DNA of 64,000 nt from Eremomyces bilateralis CBS 781.70. Lineage: Eukaryota. Within the stretch, counting starts at the first letter, position 1. Each line of letters starts with the position of its first letter. The DNA lies in assembly GCA_010015585.1 (NCBI GenBank), contig ML975150.1, one strand, 5' to 3'. The translations under genes and the position numbers were made by a program. This document shows positions 1 to 11,770 of the stretch, in pieces. A model generated the notes under the pieces. The model searched no databases, was not told where the DNA came from, and saw nothing but the letters and a program-made list of their open reading frames with translations.

Positions 1-20
1 AGTGCTGACATTCACTGCAG

Positions 21-346
21 CGGTGTTCAGCAAGTCATACTGCCCATTCTGCAAGGCTACCAAGGCTCTGCTGAGTGAGCTCGGTGCCAAATACTACGCC
101 ATCGAACTCGATCAAGTCGGTATGTGGATTGCCCTTTCCTTTCGAATTCACCTCGCCTCAGCCATCTAACGTTCGGCGTCGTGTGCAGATGATGGAGCTG
201 CCATCCAGGATGCTCTTGCCAACTTAACCGGACAGCGGACCGTCCCGAACGTCTTCATCGGGCAGCAACATATTGGAGGGAACTCGGACGTGCAAGCTAA
301 GAAGAGCGAGCTTCCGACCCTCCTAAAGGAAGCTGGAGCTGTATGA
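21..346 (+). CDS. Dithiol glutaredoxin (5' part lies outside the window); exons 21-119 and 189-346
   Basis: Manual translation gives VFSKSYCPFCKATK (CPFC active site) ... GQRTVPNVFIGQQHIGGNSD, TGA at 344-346. Intron GTATGT(120)...CTAAC...CAG(188); upstream acceptor CAG at 18-20. Confidence 0.95.
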
Positions 347-634
347 TCGATACCCGGAGACAACTACAATGAAATGTGAATATTTACTGAAGACGAAATA
401 AGAATTTCCTTGGCTTTCATTTCCTCTCGTCGTGTCGGCTCATATTATGTGATATGTCCATTAATTTGTTCAAGTCCAACCATAAATATACGAATGCCTA
501 CTATCAAAACGTAACGCCAGTCGCCCATGTCTTCTATCCCTTCACAAAGCCTCTACCCGAACGCCCTGTATCGTTCATCACATTTCGTCACCCTTTATTG
601 AGCCATCTTTAGATCCCAAGCGCATTCCCCTTCT

Positions 635-3600
635 TCACACCATCAGTCTGAACTCGGTGACATTTTGCTTCCAGATCGGTGGCACCTGTGGCAGGAACAC
701 CCAGCCTAGCACTCCCCCAACGCAACTGAGATCCCAACACCCGCCTGTTTCCTGCTCAATTGGAATCCACTCCCGAACGAACCCGGCCGGCAACAATTCC
801 GGCGCCCGGTTGATCAGTTCCCACGTCTTGGCCTCGTCGAGATTCTGCAACAAGACCTTAATGTTTACCGAGATGAGGAATATCAAGATCATCCACAACC
901 ATGGGGTACCAAAGCACCATGGCATCTTGGTCAAAGGATCAACGGAATCGGACCGTCGTACCAACGCTCGATTTTTGGACCGCTTACGACTGACGTCCCT
1001 TTTCGGAGGTGGCTGAGTGGATGTCGACGCATTGGCCGTGGCACAACGGAGACGATCAGGCGAATTGGGCGGAATCGTGAGATTATCCTGGGGTGTTGGA
1101 GGAAATAGTAAATCATTGTGGGACTGGAGCAAGCCATCGTCCGAGTCCGAGTCCTGACTGGACACGTTTCGTCTATTAGGTTGTTTCATCCTCTTCAACC
1201 TTCGAGCCTTCTCGCGCGCGCGTTGGAGTTTTCGCCCTGAACTCCATTCCATTTCCTCGTAGTTCCACGCCTCTTTCCTCGCCACCTGTTCCCTCGCCTC
1301 CGGGTCGCAGCTCTCGGGCCTTAGAATACTAAACGTTTGCCGCGTATCCTTAACCCTCACCTCCTCTTTCTCCTTATCTAGCGTGGCATTCTTATTGAGC
1401 CGATAATATCGGTTGGGCGACCACCCTGACCCTAAAAGCGAGGGAGTATTGATGAATTGCCTGGAGGTCTCTCCGCTCGTGGGGGGATGGGGTTCTTTTC
1501 CGCTCGCCGAGAGAGGTGGAGGTAGTGGGGCTGGCTCTTCACCCTCGGCCTCCTCATCTAGCCTAGTGACATTCCTGAGCGGAGAACGTCCGTGGGGCGT
1601 CCACTTGGGCTCTTTATACGAGCTACGGGCGGTGGGCTTCTCGAAAACCACTCTGCCGGTGGGGGGAGGGGGCGGGACTGGCACTTCAGCCGCTACCACC
1701 TCCGCTGGCATGGTGATGTTCCCGAGCGGGGAAGGTGCGTGGAGCGGCCGCTCGGGCTCTGGACGCGAGGGAGTGAAGTGGAATTTCCTGGGGGTATTTC
1801 CGCTCGCGGGGGGAGGCGAGGGAGGAGGCAGGACTGGATCTTCAGCCTCTACCTTCCCATCTGGCTCGGTGGCATCCTTAGGCGGAGAAGATCTTCGGGG
1901 CGACCGCTCGAGTTCTAAACGCGAGACACGAATAGTGGATCGCTCGAGGCCGCTTCTACTTGTAGGGTTAGGGACAGAGCCTTCACCCTCCTCATCTGGC
2001 CTGGCGATAGTGCTGAATAGAGAAGGACTGTAGGGCGATCGCTCGCGCACTCGATACAAGTCATGAATGATCCTTTCCTTAGGAACTCTTCCCCTCATAG
2101 GGTCATAGACTGGCTCATCGGTCTCCTCAACCTCCTCCTCGACCTCCTCGACCTCCTCATCTGACTTGGGGAAAGTTTTGAATAGGAGAGGCCTATGGGG
2201 CGATCGCTCGGGCGCTCGAAACAAGTCACGAAGAGTCATTGGCCTAGAAACTCTTCCCCCTCTAGGGGAATAGAGTTGCCGCTCAGTCTCGTCGTCGTCT
2301 TCTCCCTCCTCGTCTCTCTCCTCGTCCGTTTTCTCGCCTTTTTTGTCTTTTTCGTCCTTTGTCTCCTCCTTTTCCTCCTCCTCCTCCTTCCCCTCCTCCT
2401 TCGCCCCTTTATCTGGTTTGGTGATATTCCTGAATGGAAAAGGTCCATAGTTGGGTTCTAAATACGAGCCACGACTGGTAGATTGCTCAGGATCCCTTCC
2501 GCTCGCCGTGGCATAGACCGGGGCCGGGGATTCGGCTACGACCGATGGTGTCTCGGGTTGCGGAGAGTGATGAGGAGCTGCTGATTTGACTGCAGGAGTG
2601 GACTCAACGTGCTCACGGGGCGTCGACGATTCAGCCGCGGACGGCGCTGTCTCAGCTTCCTGGAGATGTTGAGGAGCAGCTGGTTGGGTGGTAGAAGTAG
2701 ACGCAGCGTGCTCAAACGTCGAGGATTCGACTGCGGAAGACACTGCCTTATCTCCAAACGGACTTTTAGGAGTGACTGATCTATCTGCAGGAATAGACGT
2801 ATCGTGCGAGGATTCGACCGCGGAAGACACTGCCTTATCTTCTGAAGGACTCTTATGGGTAACTGATCCGGCGGTACGTGTGGATTTATCGTACTTGCTA
2901 GGCTTCAAGGATTCGATAGCGGAAGTTGTCTCATCTTCTGGAGGACCTTTCGGGGTATCTGGTCCAGCTGCAGACGTAGAAGGCGTCGAGGCTTCGACCG
3001 CGGAAGATATTGCCTTCTCTTCCGAAGAACCTTTAGGGTTATCTGGTCCAGCTGCAGAAGTAGACATATGATGCTCCCCAGTCGTCGAGGTTTGTTGAGA
3101 GCTGGCCCCCTTACGGTTGTCCGATGCGGGTGTATCGTTTTCCTTCTCCTTGACCTTTCCTTTGTCACGAGGTGTGGAAGGCTTAAACAGGCGGGCGTCA
3201 TCGTCGGCGCCATCGTCGGCGCCATCGTCGGTGTTGTCGTCCCAGTTGTCGTCGACAGTGCTGTAGTCCCCGTTATCGTCCGTGTTGTCGTCAACGGTGT
3301 TGTCGTCAGTACGGTCCATTCTGTCATCCTTGTCCCCGCTGCCATTGTCACCGTCGCTGTTGTGGTCCCCTTTATCGTCTTGGTCCTCGTTGTCGCCGTC
3401 TCCGCCGGTACCACCATGGCCGTTATTTCCGCCATCATCTCCATTATTGTCGCTGGCACCGCCCGCTTCTCCACCTCGGTCATCACCGTCATCTCCATCA
3501 TGCCTACGTCCGCTATCCACACCGCTTTCTCCATTTCGCGTTTCTCGTTGGGGTGGCTCGCCAGGGTCGGAGTCGCGAGTCACTTCGTCCGGAATATCTG

Positions 3601-6385
3601 CATCACCCGAGGCATCTCCCGCTAAAAGGGCTCCAGACCCAAGAGGAGCCAGGCTTTTTCCGGTGCTCTTTGGGGACAAAGGACTCACTTCCGCGGTTGT
3701 ATTTTGTTCACTGGAATGAACTTCAGCCTGCCTTGGTCGACCATCAAGCTGCTCATGCTCTTCACCTCCTCGCTCTCCGCGCTCCTCCCAAGCATTTCCA
3801 GGCTCGTGCCCTTTCCATCGTTGTTTCTTTTGCTGCTTGGGCCGCTCATCCGACGCACCGTCCAACCACTGATAGTCATCGATTGAATCCGAGTCCGAGT
3901 TTGAGTCCGAGTCGCTGTCTTTAACCTTCTGCCTCTTCACCTGGTCTATATCATCCGCATTCTTTTTCGACTTGCTTCGGCTACCTGGTGTTCGTTTGTC
4001 TCTCTTAGGCCGCTCATCCGACGCACCCTCTAACCACTGATAATGGTAGTCGTCCGTATCCGAGTCCGAGTCCGAGTCGCTACCTTCAGCGTTCTTATCC
4101 TGAACATCGACATGACCCTCACCCTTGAACGGGCTTTCTGAGGCGCTTGGCTTGTCTGATGAGGATTTACGCCCCTTAAACACGACATGATCTAACCCGT
4201 CGTCATCTTCGTCAACTTGTTGGGGTGATTGGCGCTTCTTGGACTGGACTTGCCTGAACAACTCCCTGTACCATATTTGCTGCTTTTCAATTGCGCTGGA
4301 CCGGCTGTCTTCGGGGTCAGAGTTGCTGTCGTGTTCCAGAATATGCCCTCTACTCGCTCTGATCTGCCTTCTCTCAGGCTGGCCTTCAGAATTCCAGCCT
4401 TCACTAGAATTTATATTCTCATCGGAGGAGGAACTGTTGTACGCAGTGTCAACCGAGCTGTCATACATCGGAAGTCCCTGGTTTCCAAGCAAAGATCTGC
4501 CTTGTCGCTGGTTGTATGGCACCTTATAGGACATCTCTCGGCGGCCGACCCCCCCATGACCGTCGTCTATGGTGACTCGGAAGGTTGTGTAACTTTGTCC
4601 GGGGCGCTCCTCGACGTAAGGGCTTATCAGGCCACTTACTCCTATCCGTTCCATGTATCCGCGCTTTTCCATAGGCTTGGGCGGGCTTAGACGTAGAGGT
4701 GGGCTGGGTGTGCTCTGGCTTCGGTAATTGTCATTGATATGTCGTCTAATACCCCTTCGGGACGCCCGTGACCTGTCAAGCCGCCAATCACTCTGTCTCT
4801 CAGAATCTCTATGGTGATTCTTTCGATTTTTTTCGTACATATCCTCGAGCTCCTGAAGCGCGCTGGATTGTTCATCATTTTCGGCATATTCTACCCATGA
4901 CCACTCGGGACTTTCGGGGCTCTCCGGGCTTCCTAGGCTTCTTCGAACTTCTTGTGACTCCTTTCCAATACTCCTTGTTTGCTCTTCTTCTTCGACTTGT
5001 CTGCTCTCTGGCTGCCTCCACACTTCGTCCTCGGCGCTCTTTGCCTGTTCATGCCCGATATCTTTAGTGGCTTTCTGTAGCTCATTCTTTTTGCCCCCAG
5101 GGTCGATACCCGGTTGGCTGCCGCGTCCGGTATCAGTTCTAGCGTCGAGATCGTCATCTGATATAAGGTCAGGTTCCGTATCGTGTGCAGAATCAGCTGA
5201 TATTCCATGCTCATTGACTGGTATGGTGTTAGGTTTCGTGCCATCTCCATGATCGGCTGCCATATCTAGTGAGGTATCGGGGTCAACGACAGAACTATCA
5301 CTTTTCTTGGAATTCCCTCTATCCTTAACATCAGACACATTCCCGAGCTTCTTATCCAGTTCTTGATCTGAGACAATATGAGGATGAGATTCGGGTTCAG
5401 GACCAGGCTGAGGTTCCATGGTAGTATCTAAGTCAATGTCTGGGGCTGGGATAAGCGTATCAGTGGTTGTCTCAGTCACAGTTCTAGCAATACGGGGTTT
5501 AATGTCGGGATTGGGATGTGGGGACTCTACTGGCGGAGTCTCAGTGTCAGGGTCGAGCTTAGAATCTGAATCGACGGCGGTCTCGCCCATGAGCCCCTTA
5601 CGACTCTCTTCGACCGATTCCTCGATCTGCTCCTTCACGAGGTCCTTGACGGGTTCTTCCTGAGGATCCTCGACGGGTTCCTTGACGGGTTCCTTGATGG
5701 GCTCCTTGATGGGCTCCTCGACGGGTTCCATAACCGGCTCTTCCATCAGCCCCGGGTCAGGTTTAAGATCGGATTCAGGATCGGATTTCCGATAGGCCGC
5801 AAGAACGGCCGCAAGGTTGGGCCGAGGGCCAAGATCAGAGTCCGAGTCCGAGTCCGAGTCAATATCCGAAAGGGGGCTCTTATGCACTTTACAGCGGCAC
5901 TTTTCGTGATTTCGGATGACCTTTTCCATGCGCTTGATCTTCTCGAACTGCGCCACGTGAGATACCATAGAGGTCCCGATGCTGTCGAAAGTCTCCTTAA
6001 GTCGCGTGTACTCATGGTCCTTCGCCTTGAGTGCCTTCTGCAGCTGTTTGTTGTGGATCGCCGTTCGATTGGAGTTGTATTCATGATCGGCTGCTTCTTG
6101 CTGCGCTGCGGCCAAATTTTCTTCGAGTTCAAGCACCTGACGCCGTGTGGCCTCAAGGTTGTCGTGCAGGTCCATCGCTTGCTTCTCGGCACCCTGCCTC
6201 CAGGTGTCGTGCTGCTTCTCAAGATCGGATGCTTTCGAATATAGATCGTCATACTCTTCCTGGCAGGTCTGAAGTTGGGTTCTCAATCGCTTATTCACCT
6301 CCTTCAACTTATCGATCTCTGTTCCCTGGAGCTCGATGGTCAACTGCTGATCGAAGAGCTCTTGCTCTTGTTTGTTGTCCGCCAT
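635..6385 (-). CDS. Giant intronless hypothetical protein (1916 aa from first ATG): N-terminal coiled coil, long acidic/Ser/Pro-rich repeat region, C-terminal hydrophobic segment
   Basis: Stop-free frame of 5.75 kb. The track start at 6490 is GTG; first ATG is 6385 (MADNKQEQ). Heptad-like E/Q/K/L-rich N-terminus; PWLWMILIFLISVNIKVLL near the C-terminus; internal duplications keep the frame. Confidence 0.85.
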   Translation of the reverse strand: MADNKQEQELFDQQLTIELQGTEIDKLKEVNKRLRTQLQTCQEEYDDLYSKASDLEKQHDTWRQGAEKQAMDLHDNLEATRRQVLELEENLAAAQQEAADHEYNSNRTAIHNKQLQKALKAKDHEYTRLKETFDSIGTSMVSHVAQFEKIKRMEKVIRNHEKCRCKVHKSPLSDIDSDSDSDSDLGPRPNLAAVLAAYRKSDPESDLKPDPGLMEEPVMEPVEEPIKEPIKEPVKEPVEDPQEEPVKDLVKEQIEESVEESRKGLMGETAVDSDSKLDPDTETPPVESPHPNPDIKPRIARTVTETTTDTLIPAPDIDLDTTMEPQPGPEPESHPHIVSDQELDKKLGNVSDVKDRGNSKKSDSSVVDPDTSLDMAADHGDGTKPNTIPVNEHGISADSAHDTEPDLISDDDLDARTDTGRGSQPGIDPGGKKNELQKATKDIGHEQAKSAEDEVWRQPESRQVEEEEQTRSIGKESQEVRRSLGSPESPESPEWSWVEYAENDEQSSALQELEDMYEKNRKNHHRDSERQSDWRLDRSRASRRGIRRHINDNYRSQSTPSPPLRLSPPKPMEKRGYMERIGVSGLISPYVEERPGQSYTTFRVTIDDGHGGVGRREMSYKVPYNQRQGRSLLGNQGLPMYDSSVDTAYNSSSSDENINSSEGWNSEGQPERRQIRASRGHILEHDSNSDPEDSRSSAIEKQQIWYRELFRQVQSKKRQSPQQVDEDDDGLDHVVFKGRKSSSDKPSASESPFKGEGHVDVQDKNAEGSDSDSDSDTDDYHYQWLEGASDERPKRDKRTPGSRSKSKKNADDIDQVKRQKVKDSDSDSNSDSDSIDDYQWLDGASDERPKQQKKQRWKGHEPGNAWEERGERGGEEHEQLDGRPRQAEVHSSEQNTTAEVSPLSPKSTGKSLAPLGSGALLAGDASGDADIPDEVTRDSDPGEPPQRETRNGESGVDSGRRHDGDDGDDRGGEAGGASDNNGDDGGNNGHGGTGGDGDNEDQDDKGDHNSDGDNGSGDKDDRMDRTDDNTVDDNTDDNGDYSTVDDNWDDNTDDGADDGADDDARLFKPSTPRDKGKVKEKENDTPASDNRKGASSQQTSTTGEHHMSTSAAGPDNPKGSSEEKAISSAVEASTPSTSAAGPDTPKGPPEDETTSAIESLKPSKYDKSTRTAGSVTHKSPSEDKAVSSAVESSHDTSIPADRSVTPKSPFGDKAVSSAVESSTFEHAASTSTTQPAAPQHLQEAETAPSAAESSTPREHVESTPAVKSAAPHHSPQPETPSVVAESPAPVYATASGRDPEQSTSRGSYLEPNYGPFPFRNITKPDKGAKEEGKEEEEEKEETKDEKDKKGEKTDEERDEEGEDDDETERQLYSPRGGRVSRPMTLRDLFRAPERSPHRPLLFKTFPKSDEEVEEVEEEVEETDEPVYDPMRGRVPKERIIHDLYRVRERSPYSPSLFSTIARPDEEGEGSVPNPTSRSGLERSTIRVSRLELERSPRRSSPPKDATEPDGKVEAEDPVLPPPSPPPASGNTPRKFHFTPSRPEPERPLHAPSPLGNITMPAEVVAAEVPVPPPPPTGRVVFEKPTARSSYKEPKWTPHGRSPLRNVTRLDEEAEGEEPAPLPPPLSASGKEPHPPTSGETSRQFINTPSLLGSGWSPNRYYRLNKNATLDKEKEEVRVKDTRQTFSILRPESCDPEAREQVARKEAWNYEEMEWSSGRKLQRAREKARRLKRMKQPNRRNVSSQDSDSDDGLLQSHNDLLFPPTPQDNLTIPPNSPDRLRCATANASTSTQPPPKRDVSRKRSKNRALVRRSDSVDPLTKMPWCFGTPWLWMILIFLISVNIKVLLQNLDEAKTWELINRAPELLPAGFVREWIPIEQETGGCWDLSCVGGVLGWVFLPQVPPIWKQNVTEFRLMV
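2720..3065 (-). repeat. Degenerate ~28-30-aa coding repeats in the giant ORF (e.g. STSAAGPDxPKG...AxSSAVESS)
   Basis: gattcgacYgcggaagacactgccttatct at ~2723 and ~2811, with a variant at ~2991; atctggtccagctgcagaMgtaga at ~2957 and ~3041. Confidence 0.85.
3839..4085 (-). repeat. Direct duplication encoding (DS)n-DDY..QWL(E/D)GASDERPK twice
   Basis: ggccgctcatccgacgcacc..aaccactgata at ~3840 and ~4008, each next to a tccgag (Asp-Ser) run. Confidence 0.85.
5630..5745 (-). repeat. 12-bp coding minisatellite, (E/K)EP(V/I) units
   Basis: Translation MEEPVMEPVEEPIKEPIKEPVKEPVEDP; tandem gggttccttgac-like units. Confidence 0.8.
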
Positions 6386-7769
6386 CACCGCCGTGGATAG
6401 GCCTAAAAGGTAAATCAGGCCGCGGCTTGATAACAGAGGCTGGGCTATTTGCTTGTAGAGAGGATTAGTTTTGGCAGTATCAAGAAACACTGGGTAGTAG
6501 ACATGGAGTGTAGTCAGGAAATGAAGGCGAGCCTAAGAACTGGGTATTTGCGATTCGGAGCTGCCGAGAATTGGTATCGACCTTGACCAACTTCGAGCTA
6601 TAGTTGATGGATACTAGAACACTTTGAGTCATTGACAGAAGATAGGAGACTTGGCTAGTGAGTGGCCGGCGAGCCTCTTGCGCGGATTTCTCTTCAATGT
6701 TAGTGTCTAGAAATAAGAATAAGCCAGGGCATAAATATACAAAACAGTAATAGGTATTCTTCAGTGAATAATAGTACAACCGAAATGCGGGAGTCTTAGT
6801 GGTCCACGCTGGAGAGAAGGGGGTATGATTGAACAACTTGCATCAGCACTTGATTTACGATTGCCGGGTGGTGGCAACAACATGAAATCCTAAACCTGGG
6901 ATGGTAAGAACGGTTGAATTTCCTAGTGCCCAGGCCGGTTTAATGCTTTGTTTCGTTAATTCATTGGACTATGATCGTCGCATGCCCTCGACAAAGAAGC
7001 TGTAGGCTGTAGCAGACGATACCGAATGTGGACAACCGGAACAAGCAATAACGCAGGTATAAAACAGAAAATCAACCAATTAATACTCGAATATGAAACT
7101 CGGACTTGTAAATGAATTCAGACTGGGTCGGGTCCAATGTACTTTTTTCATCGACCGAGCTGTGGTGCATTCCTGGGCAAAATTCCTTTGTCCTGCCTGG
7201 TCCGCTTCCGTCAAACAATAGCGTCTGTACAAAAGTCCGAGAAATATGCTTCTTCAACACCACAAAGGTACTAGCATAGCTAGCGAAATATGAAATATTC
7301 CCTCGCGGTGGGCCATAGAATCGTTGCCATCAAGGTGAACATTATTAACGGCTCACCAAAGTAGTGGCTCCTTAACAGGAAAACGGAAGCAGGAAGCTTC
7401 GGGGAATAGGAAACCTTGAATCTTAGATGCTAAACTTAAATAGAATTGAATAAAATTCAGATGATATGCGGTTGACGATTTTGTGGAAGGTAGTGCGTTT
7501 TTAAATGATCATGACATGATCGGAGTGACCAGACAGATAGCAACATGAGGAGTTTCAATTTGCCAGTCCGGTGTCCACCCACTTCAATATTTGGAGGGCT
7601 CAAAGGATACGCGCCGAAGAGACAAGGTAATCATCCTCTTGCCAGTTCCAATGGTCGGTTGAGCCGTTCAAGGCCTGTTCAGCCGGTAATTGGATCGAGA
7701 CCAAATTTTAGCAATCGTTTGAAACCATTGTCTTTTGGCTTGATCTCACCTACGGGAAAGCGCTTCGGA

Positions 7770-9592
7770 TTACCAAGTCTCCCAAACAATATCCGGCAAG
7801 ACGTTTCGCATAATTTTCCAATGCGCCAAAGCAGACCCAATCTGATGCCTCTCCAGCTCCGCTTCCTGTCCGCGGCGGAGGACCCCAGCTGACCTGGCTT
7901 CATCGGAAGTCAAATCAATCGCAATTTCCCACTCTGGGTTTGGTGGAATATATCTCTGCCGTCCAAGACTGTCGCCATGATCCGCCAGCTCAGGCTTCCG
8001 GAAAGTGAGTTTCGAGTCTTCTGATTTTACGCAGAACAAGATCATGTTGATAAAGGTTTCACCATCAGGGTCCGGTGGGCTGTCGCGGTAGATCCGGCAG
8101 TTTGGGAAGACTGTATGTATTGTGTTCAGAACCATCTTTGCAGAGGGCAACTCAAGATCTCCAGCGTAGTTCTATGCGGTAATTAGAGTTTGATGCTAAT
8201 GATGATCTAGAATTGAAATAACTTACTATCGCGATCGCACCATTCTCCCGGAGAAGTGATCTCAACCCCTCTAGAAATTCGAGCGTAAACAAAGCGGCCG
8301 GTTCAGCGCCTCCAGTGAACACATCATGGATGATGTAGTCGTAGGATGAAGGATGGTCCAGAGCGGTGTTTCTGACAAATGGTATGGCATTCTCGATGGC
8401 GGCTGTGTGGTTGCTGGGAAGACCGAAGTACTTGGTCGCGAAATAGTGCACAACAGGATCTATTTCCACAATAGTAGTGTTGATCCCCAGCTTGATGAAG
8501 GCTGATGGACTGGTGCCGATTCCGAGGCCACTTCAAAAGAGTCAATAATGTGTACAATCCAAGAGGAAGAAGTAAAGAGTTCTAGAGGGTAATTGAATAG
8601 ATGACGTACATTACCAATGCAGACGATTCTGCGTCCTCTCGTTTATCCGGAACCTCGATTAGCCGGACAGCTTCCAGCATGTTGAAGACGGAATAGATAG
8701 ACTCGGGTTCCTTCTGCCCCTGTTCGGCTCTATCCGGTGATACCAACCATTCACCTCCCAGCAAACTGTGGTCACATCTCATGACACGGAAGGCATCATT
8801 TTGGCCTTCTAGGACGGAGATATACCCGGTCAGGGATTCTTGTCTTTCCAATAGTGTGAATTGGTGCGGTGCAAGCGTCTTGTTGAGCGCTGCTGTAGTG
8901 GTATCGGCCACGAAATGCGGATTCGTCAGGAATGTATGGAATATGGATGGAAGAGCAAGAAAGATCAACCATGATGGGGAAAGGGCAGAAAATGCGCACG
9001 CAATCAACAGCTGTAACCCTGTTCGGGTGAAGGCAGAAGCTGTCCCAATGTAGTGAGGGAGAGTGGCATAAAATAACTTTTGAAGAAGAGAGAACCCCAT
9101 ATAAGACCCGACCACAGGCAAGGCGTCTTTGATCGCATGTCCAGATGAGGTCAAACCTGCCTTTTCAACCAGACCGGCCCCGGAAAAGAACGTCACAAAT
9201 AGAAGCGGAAGGAGAGTGAGAAGCTCCGTCAGTAATGGCCCTGCGGTTGGCCCGAGTTTAGAACTAAATGAGAATAGAAAGAATTGTATCGTGGGTATCC
9301 AAAACGCGATGACGGGGAGGAGACGCTCCAGATTGAGCCAAAGTCTGCCCTGCACCGTCCCTTTCCATACAAAAGCCAGCAAAGCAATAGCACTTAAGGA
9401 ACGCTGGTGGAATTGAGAAGAAGGTATTGAGCCATAGACCGGCGCAAGAGTCAATTGGGAGACTGGTGAAGCAAGCGCAGCGAGGGCAAGATATCCAGCT
9501 GCTCGCCCGAGATGGAACCACCTGCTCGTTTGCTTCTGGGGATGCTGAGCTTTTGGCCCCGGCTTCCGGGTACTTTTAGATTGACTAGGCAT
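7770..9592 (-). CDS. Spermine/spermidine synthase-like SAM-dependent methyltransferase with N-terminal multi-pass membrane region; 3 exons
   Basis: Hydrophobic N-terminus, then MRCDHSLLGGEW, spliced GLGIGT SAM motif, VEIDPVV, YDYIIHDVFTGGAEP. Introns near 8532-8609 and 8172-8226. Confidence 0.9.
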
Positions 9593-10309
9593 GATGGAAA
9601 AGAAGTGGAAGAATAATCGAACAATGACAAAAACGAGCGCGATAATCCCGGATTAAGCTTGTGAGTCCAGAGACGTGGCAGAAATACCGGAACCATGCTC
9701 AGTCCAGGGAGGTCAACTCTGAAACCCTTGGGCTAGAACAACCGTGTCACGCATCCAACAAAATTATCAATGTAAATGGCAAAGTCGGTTAGTAGAAGAA
9801 TACTGATGATACTTGCTCAAAGGTGTTTGGATATACCAGTGCTATTTAAGCCAACGAGGGGGCTCTTGATTGGCTCAGCCTCCTGTGGTGTGGACACGAT
9901 GGTACGGATTGCTCCCAAGTCTGAAGGGATCCAACGGTCGAGTAACCTGATAGTTACTATTTCAGCCACATGCATATCATGATTCATCATTCAATGGCGG
10001 CTTCGAGGGTCTTGTGCTGATGATCCACGATCATAAATGACCTCGAAGTACGGAATGTATCGGATGTATTGAGGTGTCTTGCCACTTTAATCCACGCACC
10101 AAGTCCAAAGGACGGTACGTGACCGATACAGGTATGTAGCTCTCGATCATTGTGGCGAACTTGGATTGTAGCTACAATACACGGTACCTACAAGCTCCGC
10201 CTCATCTGAATCTAGCACGGTGAGATTATGGTACATTGCAGTTTCGAGCATATACGGTCTTCATAAGACCTACAACTTCTTGTACGGAATGCCTTACTTC
10301 CACTTTGCC

Positions 10310-10978
10310 ATGGACCCAAGACGGCAACCTGCTCCGTCAGAGGCAGAGGAGGATAAACAAGACCAACCATCGGGAAACCAGGTTTCAGATCGCATTCGTA
10401 TCAAGAATCGACGAAAGCGATATCTTGACACACACCCCGAATACTTTGGCGCGTCTCTGGAGCTTGCTGGTATATCCTACCCGTTTATCGATTTATCCAG
10501 GCTCAATAACTAACACGCCACGCGATCAGATCCTTTGCTCTACGACCGGTTGATTCGCCGATTCCAATCTACCACGGAGAGAGAAGAGGAAGGCCGACAA
10601 AAGGGATACTCTGGCGTTCTCGAAGCAGACCTACTCCGCGCCGAAGCGAAGATCTCCGCCATTGCCAACCCCGACCCAAACTCCATTTTTACATACCGAC
10701 GCGGTCCCGATGGCGAAATCCTTGCCGAGGAAGCCGATGAGGTGCCCGACACCAAAGAGGACGGACAAGAACGATGGCGCTACGAGATGGAGCAACGGTT
10801 CTTGAGAGGGGATGATAACGACTTCGACTACGACACCGTGGACGAGAACGAAGACTTGGATGATTGGGCAGAGGAAGATCGGCAGCGTCAGGAAGAATAC
10901 TTCGACAAAGAAGAGCCGCACTGGGCCGTCGATGATGGCCGAACCATTATTGGCGAGACTGGAATTCAAGATTTCTAA
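10310..10978 (+). CDS. CCDC97-like (DUF2052) conserved acidic protein; 2 exons
   Basis: IKNRRKRYL..HPEYF..LELA|DPLLYDRLIRRFQ ... RFLRGDDNDFDYDTVDENE..DD ... EEYFDKEEP ... GETGIQDF. Intron about 10470-10529. Confidence 0.85.
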
Positions 10979-11236
10979 ATGATTGCCGCAATGGGCCATC
11001 TTGTGTAACACGAGCTCTCCGCGTCCAGCCATGTCCGCATTCAGAGGATTTCGGTTGCGATTCCACGGGACAAAGACGGATTTGTTTGCAGGACATCGAG
11101 AATGGGACACATCAAACATATTTCGAGGCTTCAGCTGTTTGTCGCATGATGAACAACTCCGACCGGAACCAGACGTTTGCTTCATCCAGATCGTGCAATC
11201 CAATCGATCATTCAAACCCACATCATTTAATCAGAT

Positions 11237-11770
11237 ATGGAAGGTGACTCAAGAGATCTCGGAGACTCTCCATTACTACCTAACGGTGCATCAGAGGATA
11301 CACAGACACCTCAAGCATGGTCGAAGCCTCATGAAGCCAGCACGGAATCGCCACCTCCAATCCCACCAAAGTCTGCCCTGCGTCCTCGCTCAGAGGCCTT
11401 TTCGTACCACAGCGCCTCCGCTATTCCCCCAGCTGGTGATAGTAATGCGATAACGATCCATTCCGAAGACGCGATTGCCCGTAGTGCAGCTATACGGTCA
11501 AGACCTAATCGATTCGGCGAGGTCTTCTACGAGGACTCACAAATCGCATCACCGCCCGGCGACCGTTGCAGTAATTGCTTAACAACACAAGGCGCCCGTA
11601 CCGATGCGCACACCGCTCGTCGAAGGTCGGAAATTTTTACGGTAACCTGCCTGATTGCCGCAGGCGTGCTGCTTGGATGGGTCATCACGTCTCTGTCGCT
11701 GCGTTTCTTCCCTGGAAATCTGGTTGGAGATGGGCATATTGAGGAGGATGGAACGGCGTTTCTGCTATAA
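11237..11770 (+). CDS. Hypothetical Pro/Ser-rich protein with one transmembrane helix; 3' end uncertain
   Basis: ATG-initiated 177-aa ORF with PPPIPPKS and RRR followed by IFTVTCLIAAGVLLGWVITSLSL. Confidence 0.55.
   Translation: MEGDSRDLGDSPLLPNGASEDTQTPQAWSKPHEASTESPPPIPPKSALRPRSEAFSYHSASAIPPAGDSNAITIHSEDAIARSAAIRSRPNRFGEVFYEDSQIASPPGDRCSNCLTTQGARTDAHTARRRSEIFTVTCLIAAGVLLGWVITSLSLRFFPGNLVGDGHIEEDGTAFLL

Noticed and set aside
657..6468. Many overlapping ORFs inside the giant ORF
   Set aside because: Antisense or alternate-frame shadows of low-complexity coding DNA, mostly with non-ATG starts.
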